A stretch of 60,851 bases of DNA from positions 1 to 60,851 of the forward strand of contig JAUVLP010000003.1 in the NCBI GenBank assembly GCA_030600655.1, given 5' to 3'. This DNA comes from Candidatus Eiseniibacteriota bacterium. GTDB taxonomy: Bacteria > Joyebacterota > Joyebacteria > Joyebacterales > Joyebacteraceae. Under the pieces are notes generated by a model. That model was given only the letters and a program-made list of their open reading frames with translations, was not told the origin of the DNA and made no database searches. Every line of letters starts with the position of its first letter. The first letter of the stretch is position 1. The position numbers and the translations under genes were made by a program. Below are positions 9,751-20,417 of the stretch, piece by piece.

Positions 9751-11664
9751 ATGATGGCAAGACTTCTGGACGCTATCGACTCACCGCAGGATCTCCGGAA
9801 GCTGGATGTTGGGAAACTGGAGATACTCGCGGAGGAGCTGCGCGACGAGATAATCCAGGTTGTCTCGCGGACGGGAGGACATCTTGCTCCGAGCCTCGGT
9901 GTCGTTGAACTCACATTGGCGCTCCACTATGTGTTCGATTCCCCCCGCGACAGGATCGTTTGGGATGTGGGGCATCAGAGCTACGCGCACAAGCTTCTGA
10001 CGGGTAGGCGCGAGCGTTTTGCGACTCTTCGCCAGTACGGCGGTATCTCAGGTTTCCCCAGTAGAGAAGAGAGCCCGCACGACAGCTTTGGTACCGGTCA
10101 CGCAAGCACGTCTATCTCTGCGGCCCTCGGCATGGCGTGCTCACCCGAGTTTGCCGGGGTGAGCAGGCGGGCGATCGCAGTCATAGGAGACGGTTCGCTG
10201 ACTGCGGGTCTTGCTTTCGAAGGACTGAATCAGGCAGGACACCTGAAGCGTAATCTCATCGTGGTGGTTAATGACAACCGTATGTCGATTTCCAAGAACG
10301 TCGGTGCGCTGTCGCAGTATCTGACAAGGTTGAGAACAGCTCCAACTTATCACCGCCTCGAATCCGAGGTCTGGGAGATAATGGGGAAGATCCCCGCGAT
10401 CGGTGGGAAGGCCCGCGATCTGGCAAGCCGAGCCCTCGAGGGGATCCGGGGCGTCTTCGTGCCTGGCGTCCTCTTTGAGGAGCTGGGTTTCAAGTACTAT
10501 GGGCCAATCGATGGGCACAGTGTGGGGCTTCTGATCGAAGCGTTCGAGCGTGTGAAGTACATCGAGGGGCCGCTGTTGCTTCACGTCATGACGACGAAGG
10601 GCAAGGGCTATCAACCTGCCGAGGACGACGCATCGCGTTTTCATGGACTTGGTTCCTTTGACAAGGCCACCGGGAGTCTCAAGGCGAGGCCGAAAGCCAT
10701 CTCATATACGGAGGTGTTCGGACGAACCCTGGTGTCACTGGCGGACGACGATGAGAAGATCGTCGCGATAACAGCGGCAATGCCGGCGGGAACCGGCCTT
10801 GCCCATTTCGCGAAAACGTATCCCGAGAGATTCTTCGACGTCGGCATCGCAGAACAGCATGCCGTGACCTTTGCCGCCGGCCTGGCCGCGGAGGGGATGA
10901 AACCTGTGGTGGCCCTCTACTCGTCATTCCTGCAGCGTGCCTACGATCAAGTCATCCACGATGCATGTCTGCAGGATCTTCCCGTACGGTTCATGATCGA
11001 CAGAGGAGGGATTGTGGGTGATGACGGCCCGACGCATCACGGCGTTTTTGACCTCAGCTTCCTGCGGGCAGTCCCGAACCTCGTGCTGGCGTCTCCGAAG
11101 GATGAGAACGAGCTGGCTGCGATGGTGTGCACTGCGCTCAAGTACGATGATGGGCCGATCGCGGTGAGGTACCCCCGGGGCGCAGGTCTCGGAGTCAGAA
11201 TGGACTTCAGACCTACGGCGCTTCCGATAGGCAAAGCGGAGCGCTTGAGAAGCGGTACGGATGTCTGCCTTCTGGCCATCGGCTCCATGGTTGCCACGGC
11301 ACAGGAGGCCGCCGAGTTGCTCGTTGAAGGCGGCATACATGCGTCGGTCGTGAACGCGCGGTTTGTCAAACCGTTGGATCGCGATCTCATTTTTGAAGAA
11401 GCCGCCCGCACGGGACACATAGTGACCATTGAGGAGAACGTTGTTGCAGGTGGGTTCGGCGCTGCTGTGATGGAACTCCTTCAGGCCGAGGGCGTCTACG
11501 GAGTGCGCGTCAAGGTTCTCGGCATTCCGGACGAGTTCCTGGAGCACGGTTCGCGCTCACGCCTTCTCGCCAACTGTCACCTGACGCCGGACGGCGTAGC
11601 TGAGAGCGCTCGAGCACTCCTGCGGTCGAGTCAGAACGTGTTGAGAGAGGAGGCCGAGGAATGA
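9751..11664 (+). CDS. dxs: 1-deoxy-D-xylulose-5-phosphate synthase
   Basis: [21 protein letters not shown] motif, [21 protein letters not shown]. Confidence 0.98.
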   Translation: MMARLLDAIDSPQDLRKLDVGKLEILAEELRDEIIQVVSRTGGHLAPSLGVVELTLALHYVFDSPRDRIVWDVGHQSYAHKLLTGRRERFATLRQYGGISGFPSREESPHDSFGTGHASTSISAALGMACSPEFAGVSRRAIAVIGDGSLTAGLAFEGLNQAGHLKRNLIVVVNDNRMSISKNVGALSQYLTRLRTAPTYHRLESEVWEIMGKIPAIGGKARDLASRALEGIRGVFVPGVLFEELGFKYYGPIDGHSVGLLIEAFERVKYIEGPLLLHVMTTKGKGYQPAEDDASRFHGLGSFDKATGSLKARPKAISYTEVFGRTLVSLADDDEKIVAITAAMPAGTGLAHFAKTYPERFFDVGIAEQHAVTFAAGLAAEGMKPVVALYSSFLQRAYDQVIHDACLQDLPVRFMIDRGGIVGDDGPTHHGVFDLSFLRAVPNLVLASPKDENELAAMVCTALKYDDGPIAVRYPRGAGLGVRMDFRPTALPIGKAERLRSGTDVCLLAIGSMVATAQEAAELLVEGGIHASVVNARFVKPLDRDLIFEEAARTGHIVTIEENVVAGGFGAAVMELLQAEGVYGVRVKVLGIPDEFLEHGSRSRLLANCHLTPDGVAESARALLRSSQNVLREEAEE

Positions 11665-12527
11665 AGACGGTCGGCATAATTGCGAACACATCCAAGAGCG
11701 GCATAGGCACTGCTGCAGCTCACGTGTTCGAGTGGACCTCGCTTCACGACCTGACGTTAATTGTCGACAGATCCTTTGGGGAATTTGCGCCGTCGGGCGT
11801 CACCTGTCTTGCAGAGACTGATCTCGTCGATGCCGCGGATTTGATCTTCGCGTTCGGTGGTGATGGAACACTCCTCACGGCTGCAAGGCGAATCGCCGTT
11901 GCCGGCCGTGAGACTCCAATCATCGGAGTGAATATGGGGAGTCTCGGTTTTCTTACCCAGATTGCCGAAGACGAATTCGTCGATGTCCTGAAGCGACTCA
12001 GCCCGGATCGGCTCCCTATCAGCTCGCGTATGATGCTTTCTGTTGAGATCGCAGGTAAGGGCGAGAAGGTTTCTGCGTTGAATGACGTTGTGATCGCCAA
12101 GGGAGCTGACTCAAGGATGCTCTTTTTTGAGGCGCGAGTCGATGGTGAGATCGTCACGCGGTACGCTGCCGACGGGTTGATTCTGTCGACATCCACAGGG
12201 TCGACGGCTCACTCCCTCTCAGCAGGCGGCCCGGTCGTCGCACCCAATCTCAAAGCTATGATAGCGACGCCTATCTGTCCTCATTCGTTGAGCATGCGCT
12301 CACTGGTGATTCCGCCATCAGCAGTCATAGAAGTTGAGATGCTGTCGTGCGACGAGAAGACAATCGTGGCGGCGGACGGGCACAAGGCTTTCCGGGTATC
12401 TGTTGGAGAGACGGTGGTTATCAGGCGGGCTGTGCTGGATGCGCACCTGGTCGAGATCGCAGAGAGATCCTACTACGAGATACTGCGGATCAAGATGCGT
12501 TGGGCCGGCGGCGTGCGGGAGCGATAG
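11661..12527 (+). CDS. nadK: NAD kinase
   Basis: [39 protein letters not shown]. Confidence 0.95.
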   Translation: MKTVGIIANTSKSGIGTAAAHVFEWTSLHDLTLIVDRSFGEFAPSGVTCLAETDLVDAADLIFAFGGDGTLLTAARRIAVAGRETPIIGVNMGSLGFLTQIAEDEFVDVLKRLSPDRLPISSRMMLSVEIAGKGEKVSALNDVVIAKGADSRMLFFEARVDGEIVTRYAADGLILSTSTGSTAHSLSAGGPVVAPNLKAMIATPICPHSLSMRSLVIPPSAVIEVEMLSCDEKTIVAADGHKAFRVSVGETVVIRRAVLDAHLVEIAERSYYEILRIKMRWAGGVRER

Positions 12528-12530
12528 ATC

Positions 12531-13079
12531 ATGGCACCATTTCCACGTCCGGTTCTCCGGGATCTTGTGAAGCTACCCAACATCATGACGCTCCTCCGGC
12601 TGGCGCTGGTCCCGGTAGTGCTTGCGCTGCTCATAGGCGACAGACGGCAAGCCGCGCTGGCCACGCTTGCTCTGCTTGCTGTGACAGATTGGGTGGACGG
12701 GTTTCTGGCGAGGCATCTGGGGCAGGTCACGACGCTCGGCAAGATCCTCGACCCTCTCGCCGACAAGGTGGCGGTTGCCGCACTGGTGATCTTCCTTGCC
12801 ACAAGAGGCGAGTTACCCGTCTGGGGCGCCATCGTGGTGCTGGCGCGGGACGTCGGGATACTCATCGGCGCCCTGGTGTTGGCGCGGACCACAAAGGACG
12901 TGCCGCAGGCCGGCAGGGTGGGCAAAGCTACCGCCGTGGCGCTTGCCGTGATGGTGCTCGTGTACGTTGCCGACTGGCAGGTTGCTGAACCGATCGCATT
13001 CTGGTGCACCATGACACTGGTTGTTCTCTCGGGTTCATTGTATGTACGGACGATGCTGGCGGCGCGGGTGCCCCAGTAG
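12531..13079 (+). CDS. CDP-alcohol phosphatidyltransferase (PgsA-like)
   Basis: PN.MTLLR; TDWVDGFLAR...TLGKILDPLADK signature. Confidence 0.9.
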   Translation: MAPFPRPVLRDLVKLPNIMTLLRLALVPVVLALLIGDRRQAALATLALLAVTDWVDGFLARHLGQVTTLGKILDPLADKVAVAALVIFLATRGELPVWGAIVVLARDVGILIGALVLARTTKDVPQAGRVGKATAVALAVMVLVYVADWQVAEPIAFWCTMTLVVLSGSLYVRTMLAARVPQ

Positions 13080-13116
13080 GGAGACGGAAGACACACCGAA
13101 AGCCGGGTGGTAGGAA

Positions 13117-14262
13117 ATGAATGCAGGAGCTCTCGACAAGAGCAAGGTCTATCTGCTCAGACTCTACGATGGGAACGTCGACGACATCGCCGCCCGGATC
13201 GATGTGCTGCTTAACAAGAGCGGTCTCCACAGCATTGCAAGCAGGGGAGAGACTGTTGCAGTCAAGATGCATTTCGGAGAGAGCAACGACACCGGGCATG
13301 TGAAGCCGCGCTTCGTTCGGCGCATAGTCTCCTGGCTCCAACACGAAGGTATGCGGCCCTTCCTGACGGACACGAACACCCTTTACAAGGGAACCAGGGG
13401 CGATTCAGTTGCGCACATGAGAGCTGCCGCGGAACACGGGTTCACATTCGCGGCGGTCGGAGCGCCCATCATTATTGCAGACGGACTCAGGGGAACGAGC
13501 GAATACCGCGTCAGAATAGGCAGGAAGCATGTCGAGGAGGCATGGCTGGGCATCGAACTCGTGAAGGCCGACAGCATCTTGAGCCTCGCGCATTTTAAGG
13601 GGCACGAGCTCTCCGGGTTTGGGGGGGCCATCAAGAACCTGGGGATGGGGGGAGCCTCGAGAAAGGGGAAGCTCGAGCAGCACTCCACCACTGGTCCATA
13701 TGTGCGCGCCACCTGCATCGCCTGTGGGACGTGCGCGTCGTGGTGTCCGGCGGAGGCTATTGCCGTTGGAGAAATAGCTGTCATAGATGAGGATAAGTGC
13801 ATCGGTTGCGCCGAGTGCGTTGTTGTTTGTCCGGAGGGTGCCGTGAGCATCCGCTGGGATGAATCTACTGACATTTTCCAGATGAAGATGGTAGAATACC
13901 TGAGCGCATTTGCGGCTATCAAGCGGGGGCGGATCGGGTACGTCAATTTCATCACGGATGTTCATCCACTCTGTGACTGCTACGGTTCCGGAAAGGTCCC
14001 GATAGTTCCCGACATAGGGGTTGTCGCTTCCCTCGATCCGGTGGCCATTGATCAGGCGTCGTACGATCTTGTGAACGAGGCGCCGGTGGCGAGAGATGCC
14101 GGTCTTACGGCGACCTACAGACAGGGTGGCGACAAGTTTCGTGATCTGCATCCGGGTGTGGACCCGGCCATTCAGCTGAGATATGCCGAGGAGCTGGGTC
14201 TGGGGACAAGGAATTACGAATTGATAGAGATTGCTGAGAGCGCCCGTAGCTCAGCTGGATAG
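13117..14262 (+). CDS. DUF362-domain protein with two 4Fe-4S ferredoxin motifs
   Basis: VKMHFGE, HFKGH..SGFGGAIKNLGMG, CIACGTC...CP and CIGCAEC...CP, CDC, DPVAID. Confidence 0.88.
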   Translation: MNAGALDKSKVYLLRLYDGNVDDIAARIDVLLNKSGLHSIASRGETVAVKMHFGESNDTGHVKPRFVRRIVSWLQHEGMRPFLTDTNTLYKGTRGDSVAHMRAAAEHGFTFAAVGAPIIIADGLRGTSEYRVRIGRKHVEEAWLGIELVKADSILSLAHFKGHELSGFGGAIKNLGMGGASRKGKLEQHSTTGPYVRATCIACGTCASWCPAEAIAVGEIAVIDEDKCIGCAECVVVCPEGAVSIRWDESTDIFQMKMVEYLSAFAAIKRGRIGYVNFITDVHPLCDCYGSGKVPIVPDIGVVASLDPVAIDQASYDLVNEAPVARDAGLTATYRQGGDKFRDLHPGVDPAIQLRYAEELGLGTRNYELIEIAESARSSAG

Positions 14263-14316
14263 AGCACTGGATTCCGGTTCCAGGGGTCGGAGGTTCGAAT
14301 CCTCTCGGGCGTACCA
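14240..14316 (+). tRNA. tRNA-Arg (anticodon CCG)
   Basis: Full cloverleaf: GCGCCCG/CGGGCGT acceptor, GCTC/GAGC D arm, CTGGA-TTCCGGT-TCCAG anticodon arm, GGAGG-TTCGAAT-CCTCT T arm, encoded CCA. Confidence 0.98.
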
Positions 14317-14321
14317 CACAT

Positions 14322-14354
14322 GGCCACGGTCGGTAGCAACTGCCGGCTGTGGCC
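14322..14354 (+). terminator. Strong hairpin downstream of tRNA (terminator or processing stem)
   Basis: GGCCACGGTCGGTAG-CAA-CTGCCGGCTGTGGCC pairs with G-U; no U-tract. Confidence 0.45.
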
Positions 14355-14424
14355 GCACGGATTCAGTTCGAGCGCACCATAGGGAGTCTGTTGGAGCCTT
14401 GAATGCGAGACCACGGAGGTTCAC

Positions 14425-16542
14425 ATGAGAAGCTCAATCGTGATGGTGCTTGTCGTGCTGACGGTGCTGGGTGCCGTCGCGGCGCACGGTGAGACAGTCT
14501 ACTCGATCGCTCTCGACGGCGGGGCGGCAGTATCCGAGTCCATGTCAAGAGGGGGAACGGTCAGGTTCATCGGGGTCTCTGAGGCACTCATCGCGGGTGA
14601 TGCCGAACTGGGCGTTGCTCTCAGGCGTTCTGGGCTCGAAGCTGAGATCGTTTGTGACGCCGGTGACTGGGAGAATCTCTACATCTGCTACCCCGGGCGC
14701 GTCAAGAGTGATGTTGGTCGGTACAGTGAGATCCTCTGGGAAGAACCGAACGGGGTGGTGCTCGTGGGGGTGTCGACAGCAGATGTTGAGCTTCTGAGAA
14801 CTGTTTCATTCATGATCTATCCCCTTCCCATATCAGTGAATGCCGTCGAGTGGTTCGATAATACCCCGGCTCCCCTTGTCGATGCCTTGCAAGACGAGCG
14901 TTCTGTGCGGGGATTCGTGGGGGATGTGATCGATGCCATCTCCGCGGATTCGCTGCTGACCCACGTCGAGCAGCTCTCTCTGTATCCGGGCGGTGAGCTC
15001 AGAACACGCTATGTCCGACGTGAGGAGTGCTTGGATGAGGCACGCACCTACATTGTCGATTGTCTGGAACGGTATGGGGCGGTCGTGGACACGCATCACT
15101 TCGGAGTTGCCGGATACACCTGCGAAGAGGGAATAAGCGGTCCTGTGGTCATCTATCCCGCCGAGAACATCGTCGCGACCTTGCCGGGTTCGGGACGCCT
15201 CCAGGGCTCATACGTTGTCTGCGCGCACTACGACGCGATCGCCGGCAATTCATTCCCAGATACGGCGCATTTCTGGTGGTGTGACAATCCCGCACCAGGA
15301 GCGGATGACAATGCGACCGGTGTCGCGACTGTGCTCGAGATGGCGCGTGTCCTGATCGAATCCGGGGCGTCGTTCCCGTTCGATATCCGCTTCATCCTCT
15401 TTTCGGGAGAGGAGCTTGGACTTCTTGGAAGCGACGCGTACGTGGATTCGATCGCCGCGGTGGGAGACACGATCTATGCGGCTCTCAATGTAGACATGAT
15501 CGGGTACAAGCTTAGTCCGGACCACCCTGACACGTGCCATCTGGTGACCAATCAAGGCACGCGGTGGTTCGCGAACTGGATATTGGACACGGCGGAGACG
15601 GTCTATCCATCGCACTTTGACGGTCTTGACGTTGTGAGGATTGACAAGGCGCTGATGTACAGCGACCACGGCAGTTTCTGGATGAACGGCTACGATGCGC
15701 TGATCGCGATCGAGCACTGGAATCCGCGTGTACGGAACCCCTACTACCACACGATCCAGGATACATTCGCCTCGGTCTACTCAGGTCAGCTCACGGCGAT
15801 CACGAAGCTGTGCGCTGGAGCTTTCGCACGGCTGAACGATCCAGACAGCCAGATAAATCTGGTGGTCGATGAGGGCGACATCGGCATCACGCCCAATGAT
15901 CCGGGCTTCGGCACGACGGTCACTGTCGGTACCGAGGTGCACGTGTATGGTCCCGAGGAACACGTCGACGCAACTCTGGAGCTTTGGGACGGAGATGTCG
16001 ATTCAGGCGAACTTATCTCGTCCTTCAGTTTCGCCCGGACGATGGGTGGGGGCGAGTATGTGGAGCACGACTTCACCTGGGCACCGGACGAGAGTGATGT
16101 CGGAGGGCATGAGCTGAGTCTGCGCGTTACAACGACCGGCACGGACGAACTCACGATGAGCGACAATGTGGCGGTGGTGACGGTTGCTGTGACGTCCTCG
16201 GAGCTACGCATTCTCAGCCACTACACCTATCCGAATCCTGCACCGAACGCCGGCGAACTGGCATTCCGGTACGAGCTCTCGAACTCCGCAAGGCATGTCG
16301 TGCTTGAAGTGTTCGATCTCACCGGACAGAAGCTGGGCGGTCTCGAGATGTACAATGAGGAACACGGAGATGAAGCCGAGAACGCCGGTACGCTGCCGGG
16401 TTGGAACACTGTCATGTGGGACGATCTGGATGGCGAGGGTGACTTGGCGAGTGGCCTGTATATCTATAGGATCGCAGCTCGCGAGGTGGGTGTGACAGAG
16501 CCTGCCGATGTTGTCATGGGAAAGTTTGCTATCGTGAACTAG
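14425..16542 (+). CDS. Secreted M28-family metallopeptidase with Ig-like domain and T9SS/FlgD-like C-terminal domain
   Basis: Signal peptide; AHYD, PGADDNATG, FSGEELGLLGS, NVDMIG, SDH, YYHT..D; C-terminal YPNP...VFDLTGQK...LASGLYIYRI. Confidence 0.88.
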   Translation: MRSSIVMVLVVLTVLGAVAAHGETVYSIALDGGAAVSESMSRGGTVRFIGVSEALIAGDAELGVALRRSGLEAEIVCDAGDWENLYICYPGRVKSDVGRYSEILWEEPNGVVLVGVSTADVELLRTVSFMIYPLPISVNAVEWFDNTPAPLVDALQDERSVRGFVGDVIDAISADSLLTHVEQLSLYPGGELRTRYVRREECLDEARTYIVDCLERYGAVVDTHHFGVAGYTCEEGISGPVVIYPAENIVATLPGSGRLQGSYVVCAHYDAIAGNSFPDTAHFWWCDNPAPGADDNATGVATVLEMARVLIESGASFPFDIRFILFSGEELGLLGSDAYVDSIAAVGDTIYAALNVDMIGYKLSPDHPDTCHLVTNQGTRWFANWILDTAETVYPSHFDGLDVVRIDKALMYSDHGSFWMNGYDALIAIEHWNPRVRNPYYHTIQDTFASVYSGQLTAITKLCAGAFARLNDPDSQINLVVDEGDIGITPNDPGFGTTVTVGTEVHVYGPEEHVDATLELWDGDVDSGELISSFSFARTMGGGEYVEHDFTWAPDESDVGGHELSLRVTTTGTDELTMSDNVAVVTVAVTSSELRILSHYTYPNPAPNAGELAFRYELSNSARHVVLEVFDLTGQKLGGLEMYNEEHGDEAENAGTLPGWNTVMWDDLDGEGDLASGLYIYRIAAREVGVTEPADVVMGKFAIVN

Positions 16543-16564
16543 TGGGCGGTCTGCACGGGCGAAC

Positions 16565-16846
16565 GTGGTGACGGACCTCGATGATTCTCCTGAGGCAGCG
16601 GAGGAACGCGTGGAAACACCCGGTCTGAGACCGAGTGGCGAAGCGAGGATCAGGCGGATCGTTATCGGTCTTGCCAATCTGGCACTGGCAGTTATGCTTT
16701 TCTATGCGGTCCACCGGTTTATGCGCGATGTGATGCCCGTCTATGGAAACCGGTTTGCCTACGTCCCGATAGCGATGGCCGGCCTGGCGTGCTGGAGAGG
16801 CGCCATAGGCGTCATCCTTCTGTCGGGGAGGCGGAGTGGACGGTAG
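16565..16846 (+). CDS. Small two-TM membrane protein, unknown function
   Basis: Two hydrophobic segments; fills gap in a co-oriented cluster. Confidence 0.55.
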   Translation: MVTDLDDSPEAAEERVETPGLRPSGEARIRRIVIGLANLALAVMLFYAVHRFMRDVMPVYGNRFAYVPIAMAGLACWRGAIGVILLSGRRSGR

Positions 16847-18101
16847 TCGGGAAGGTGAGCGCAGGGGAGTAGTTGCTTTCGACTCTGACGGTGTGCTTCT
16901 CAGGCACCTGTTCCTGCTCCGCGCTGCTCAAGAGGCTGGCCCACTGACCTTGCTGAGAGCATTCTGGCTCGGGCTGCTTCTGAAGCTTGGGCGCTTGGAC
17001 ATCGGGACTGTGGTCGAGAGAGCATACGCGCTTCTGGCAGGTCGCTCCCTCGATGAGTTGCTCGCTGTTGGGGAGAGGATGCGTCTCGCTAAGGGGGCTG
17101 CAGAGGTATGCCTTGATCTGAGGCGGGCCGGCTATATCGTTGTTCTTGTGAGCGCCGGTGTTCCTCAGGAAGTGCTGGAGCTGGTGGCGGTCCGAGTCGG
17201 GGCTCAAGCGGTACATGGTGTATTGCTCGAAACCGAGAGCGGTCGCCTGACCGGGCGTCTGCTTGAACGTCGTCACACGGCCCGCGGAAAGCGCGACGGG
17301 CTTGAGAAGATCCTGCGACGCTGGGGGTTCAGCTGGCGTGAGTTGACTGTGGTGGTTGACGATGCCAGCAACGGGCAGATAGTCGATGCGGCGTGGCGCA
17401 GCGTAGCGGTGAATCCGGAACGATCGATCATGAGGACAGCGAGTTTCGTGCTGTACACCCGGAATCTCAGAGAGATCCTTGAGTTTTTCCCGGAGGGCCA
17501 CGGAAGTGGGATTACCCCCGCATGGTTGGCGGGTCGGCACGAGCTCTTTAGAAAATCGATTCACCTGTGTGCCGTAGCAGTTCCGATACTGGCCATGTGG
17601 TCGCTGACGCATACGCTGTGGCTCGTTGGCATGGTGACTCTGTTCTACGCGTTGTCGGAGCAGTTCAGGGTGTTGGGTGTTGCGCTGCCGCTCTTTTCGA
17701 CGGTGACTTGGCGGGCAATGCGTTCGGCTGAGTGCCGGGGGTTCGTACTGGGGCCGCTGCTGTTCGGCATAGGCATATGGTTGACGCTTGCTCTATTTTC
17801 GCTATCAGCGGCGACCGTAGGTATACTGGTGCTAGCGGTTGGTGACGGTGCCGCGAGTCTCATGGGGCGGGTATTTGGCCGGACTGTGCTGGCCTACAAC
17901 CGGGAGAAAACGATCGTCGGATCGCTCACTGTCTTTGTCGTAGGCGCGGTTGTTGCTATGAGCTATCTACCGTTGGGCTGGTCGCTTGCGGTAGGGGTTG
18001 TTGCCAGCTTTCTGGAATCGCTACCACTTGGAGCATATGACAATCTATTGCTTCCATTGGTGTCTGCCGGCATGGTATCTGTTGCTCTGACGCTGGCCTA
18101 G
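16836..18101 (+). CDS. Fusion of HAD (SerB-like) phosphatase domain and CTP-dependent polyprenol/diacylglycerol kinase (SEC59/VTE5/DGK1-like) domain
   Basis: N-terminal FDSDGVL, LVSAG, GK; C-terminal multi-TM ELFRKSIH, GDGAASLMG..FG, KTIVGS, DNLLLP. Confidence 0.8.
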   Translation: MDGSREGERRGVVAFDSDGVLLRHLFLLRAAQEAGPLTLLRAFWLGLLLKLGRLDIGTVVERAYALLAGRSLDELLAVGERMRLAKGAAEVCLDLRRAGYIVVLVSAGVPQEVLELVAVRVGAQAVHGVLLETESGRLTGRLLERRHTARGKRDGLEKILRRWGFSWRELTVVVDDASNGQIVDAAWRSVAVNPERSIMRTASFVLYTRNLREILEFFPEGHGSGITPAWLAGRHELFRKSIHLCAVAVPILAMWSLTHTLWLVGMVTLFYALSEQFRVLGVALPLFSTVTWRAMRSAECRGFVLGPLLFGIGIWLTLALFSLSAATVGILVLAVGDGAASLMGRVFGRTVLAYNREKTIVGSLTVFVVGAVVAMSYLPLGWSLAVGVVASFLESLPLGAYDNLLLPLVSAGMVSVALTLA

Positions 18102-18155
18102 AAACGCTTCTGACTGGAGGAAATCCGGGCTGCCCCGGATGCTCATAAGGAGGGC

Positions 18156-19451
18156 GTGTTGCTCAAGGACAAGCTCCTGGCGAAGGAGGCGAAGCTTAGT
18201 GTGATCGGCCTCGGGTACGTTGGTCTCCCGCTTTCGATGGAATTCGTGCGGGCAGGCTATAGAGTGATCGGGATCGATACGAACGAAGAGAAGGTAAAAA
18301 GTCTGATGTCGGGTGAGTCGTACATCCCTGATGTTCCCAGTGAGTGGGTGAGGGATGCCGTCGAAAGCGGTGCGTTCATTGCGACGACTGATTTCTCGAT
18401 GCTAGCCGATGTGGACACGGTGGATATATGTGTTCCGACGCCTCTCAGGAAGACGAAGGATCCGGACATCTCGTTCGTGAGTGCGGCGGTCGAGGAGATC
18501 GTGAAATACCTGCATCCAGGCATGATGATAATTCTCGACAGCACAACCTATCCCGGAACCACCGATGAGGTGATTCTTCCGCGATTGGAGGAGACGGGTC
18601 TCGTCGTCGGGAAGGATTTCTATCTCGCGTTCTCACCGGAGCGCGTGGATCCTGGAAACCAGGATTGGACAACGAAGAACATCCCGAAGGTCGTAGGTGG
18701 CGTAACTCCCGCATGCACGGAACATGCAGCGCTTATCTACAAGCAGACGCTCGGGCCGGTTGTGCCTGTTTCGTCCACGAAGGTTGCGGAGACGGTGAAG
18801 CTTCTCGAGAATACGTTCAGAAGTGTCAACATCGGCCTAGTGAACGAAATGGCTCTGATGTGCGACCGCATGGGAATAGATGTGTGGGAGGTGATAGATG
18901 CGGCCGCCACGAAGCCGTTCGGTTTCATGCCATTCTATCCGGGGCCGGGGTTGGGTGGCCACTGCATCCCGATCGATCCGTTCTATCTCTCGTGGAAGGC
19001 CAAGGAGAGCGGATTTGAAGCACGGTTCATCGAACTCGCGGGGGTGGTGAACAGCAGCATGCCTTTCTATGTCGTCGGCAAGATCGTCGACTGTCTCAAC
19101 GACCAGAGGAAGCCTGTGAGGGGATCCAAAGTGCTGATTCTGGGCGTAGCCTACAAGGAGGACATCGACGATCTCAGAGAGTCGCCCGCCCTCGATATCA
19201 TCAAGCTTCTCAGCGAGAAGGGCGCTGATCTGGCGTATTCCGATCCATTCGTGCCTGCATTTGCAGTCGGATCGTTGGAGTTGACCTGTGTCGAATTGAC
19301 CGCCGAGGCGCTGGCGGGATTTGACTGCGCGGTAATCGCGACAGCTCACAGCGCATTCGACTACGAAACGATCGTGGCCGCCGGAATCCCGATAGTGGAC
19401 GCGCGTAATGCGTTGAAGGGGATCAAGGCGAATCACATTACGAGAATATAG
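18156..19451 (+). CDS. UDP-N-acetylglucosamine 6-dehydrogenase (WbpA/WecC family)
   Basis: GLGYVGLP, CVPTP, FSPERVDPG, KLLENTFR, GPGLGGHCIP, AYK.DIDDLRESP. Confidence 0.93.
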   Translation: MLLKDKLLAKEAKLSVIGLGYVGLPLSMEFVRAGYRVIGIDTNEEKVKSLMSGESYIPDVPSEWVRDAVESGAFIATTDFSMLADVDTVDICVPTPLRKTKDPDISFVSAAVEEIVKYLHPGMMIILDSTTYPGTTDEVILPRLEETGLVVGKDFYLAFSPERVDPGNQDWTTKNIPKVVGGVTPACTEHAALIYKQTLGPVVPVSSTKVAETVKLLENTFRSVNIGLVNEMALMCDRMGIDVWEVIDAAATKPFGFMPFYPGPGLGGHCIPIDPFYLSWKAKESGFEARFIELAGVVNSSMPFYVVGKIVDCLNDQRKPVRGSKVLILGVAYKEDIDDLRESPALDIIKLLSEKGADLAYSDPFVPAFAVGSLELTCVELTAEALAGFDCAVIATAHSAFDYETIVAAGIPIVDARNALKGIKANHITRI

Positions 19452-19472
19452 CCGCTAGGTCTGGAGAATGAG

Positions 19473-20417
19473 ATGTCGATAGCACTTGTAACAGGTGGAG
19501 CAGGATTCATAGGATCCCATCTCGTAGAACGGCTGCTCGAGCAGGGGCGCGATGTTCGAGTTGTGGACAATTTCTCAACAGGGCGTCGAATAAACGTGGC
19601 GCATCTGCTTGAGAGGATCGACCTGAGAGAGGTCGACATCAGAGATCTGGACGCGATGCGTGATGCTATGAGGAATGTTGATGTCGTGTTTCACGAGGCG
19701 GCGCTTGCGTCCGTTCCGAGGTCAGTTGAAGATCCAGTGACCAGCAATGAAGTGAACATCGTCGGTACCCTGAACGTTCTCGTGGCTGCACGGGATGCTG
19801 GGGTGCGCAGAGTTGTCTATGCCAGCTCCTCTTCCGTCTATGGTGAATCGCAGGAGCTTCCCAAGACGGAAGAAATGCGACCGCTTCCCATGTCACCGTA
19901 TGCCGTTGGCAAGCTGGCAGGTGAGCACTACTGCGTGAGCTTCAACGGTCTTTATGACATAGAGACCGTCTGTCTCAGGTACTTCAACGTGTTCGGACCT
20001 CGACAGGATCCAACGTCCCAGTATTCTGCAGCCGTGCCCATCTTTACCAGCGCATTGCTCAGAGGTGATGTCCCCACCATCTACGGCGATGGTGAGCAGT
20101 CCCGCGATTTTACGTACGTAACGAGCGTAGTTGAGGCGAACGTTCTGGCGGGTGAGAACGATCGTGCTCCCGGCGGTGTCTTCAATGTGGCGAGAGGGGA
20201 TACCGTGACCGTGAACGAGCTGTTCACATCACTGACGGGGCTCATCGGTGTCGACACCAAGGCCAGGTTCGCCGATGCGCGCCGCGGTGACATCAAGCAC
20301 TCGTACGCCGACATCACACGCGCGCAAGACGTGCTCGGATACGTACCACTGCTCGGTTTCGAGGATGGACTGCGGCTGACGGTCGACTGGTTCAGAGAGC
20401 ACAACGCCGGCGCCTGA
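19473..20417 (+). CDS. NAD-dependent nucleotide-sugar epimerase (WbpP-like)
   Basis: TGGAGFIGSH, ASSSSVYG, YAVGK, RYFNVFGPRQDP, GDGEQSRDFTYV. Confidence 0.93.
   Translation: MSIALVTGGAGFIGSHLVERLLEQGRDVRVVDNFSTGRRINVAHLLERIDLREVDIRDLDAMRDAMRNVDVVFHEAALASVPRSVEDPVTSNEVNIVGTLNVLVAARDAGVRRVVYASSSSVYGESQELPKTEEMRPLPMSPYAVGKLAGEHYCVSFNGLYDIETVCLRYFNVFGPRQDPTSQYSAAVPIFTSALLRGDVPTIYGDGEQSRDFTYVTSVVEANVLAGENDRAPGGVFNVARGDTVTVNELFTSLTGLIGVDTKARFADARRGDIKHSYADITRAQDVLGYVPLLGFEDGLRLTVDWFREHNAGA

Noticed and set aside
14362-14379. TCGAGCGCACCA resembling the tRNA 3' end (possible att duplication)
   Set aside because: Only 10 of 12 matches and no integrase or foreign island nearby
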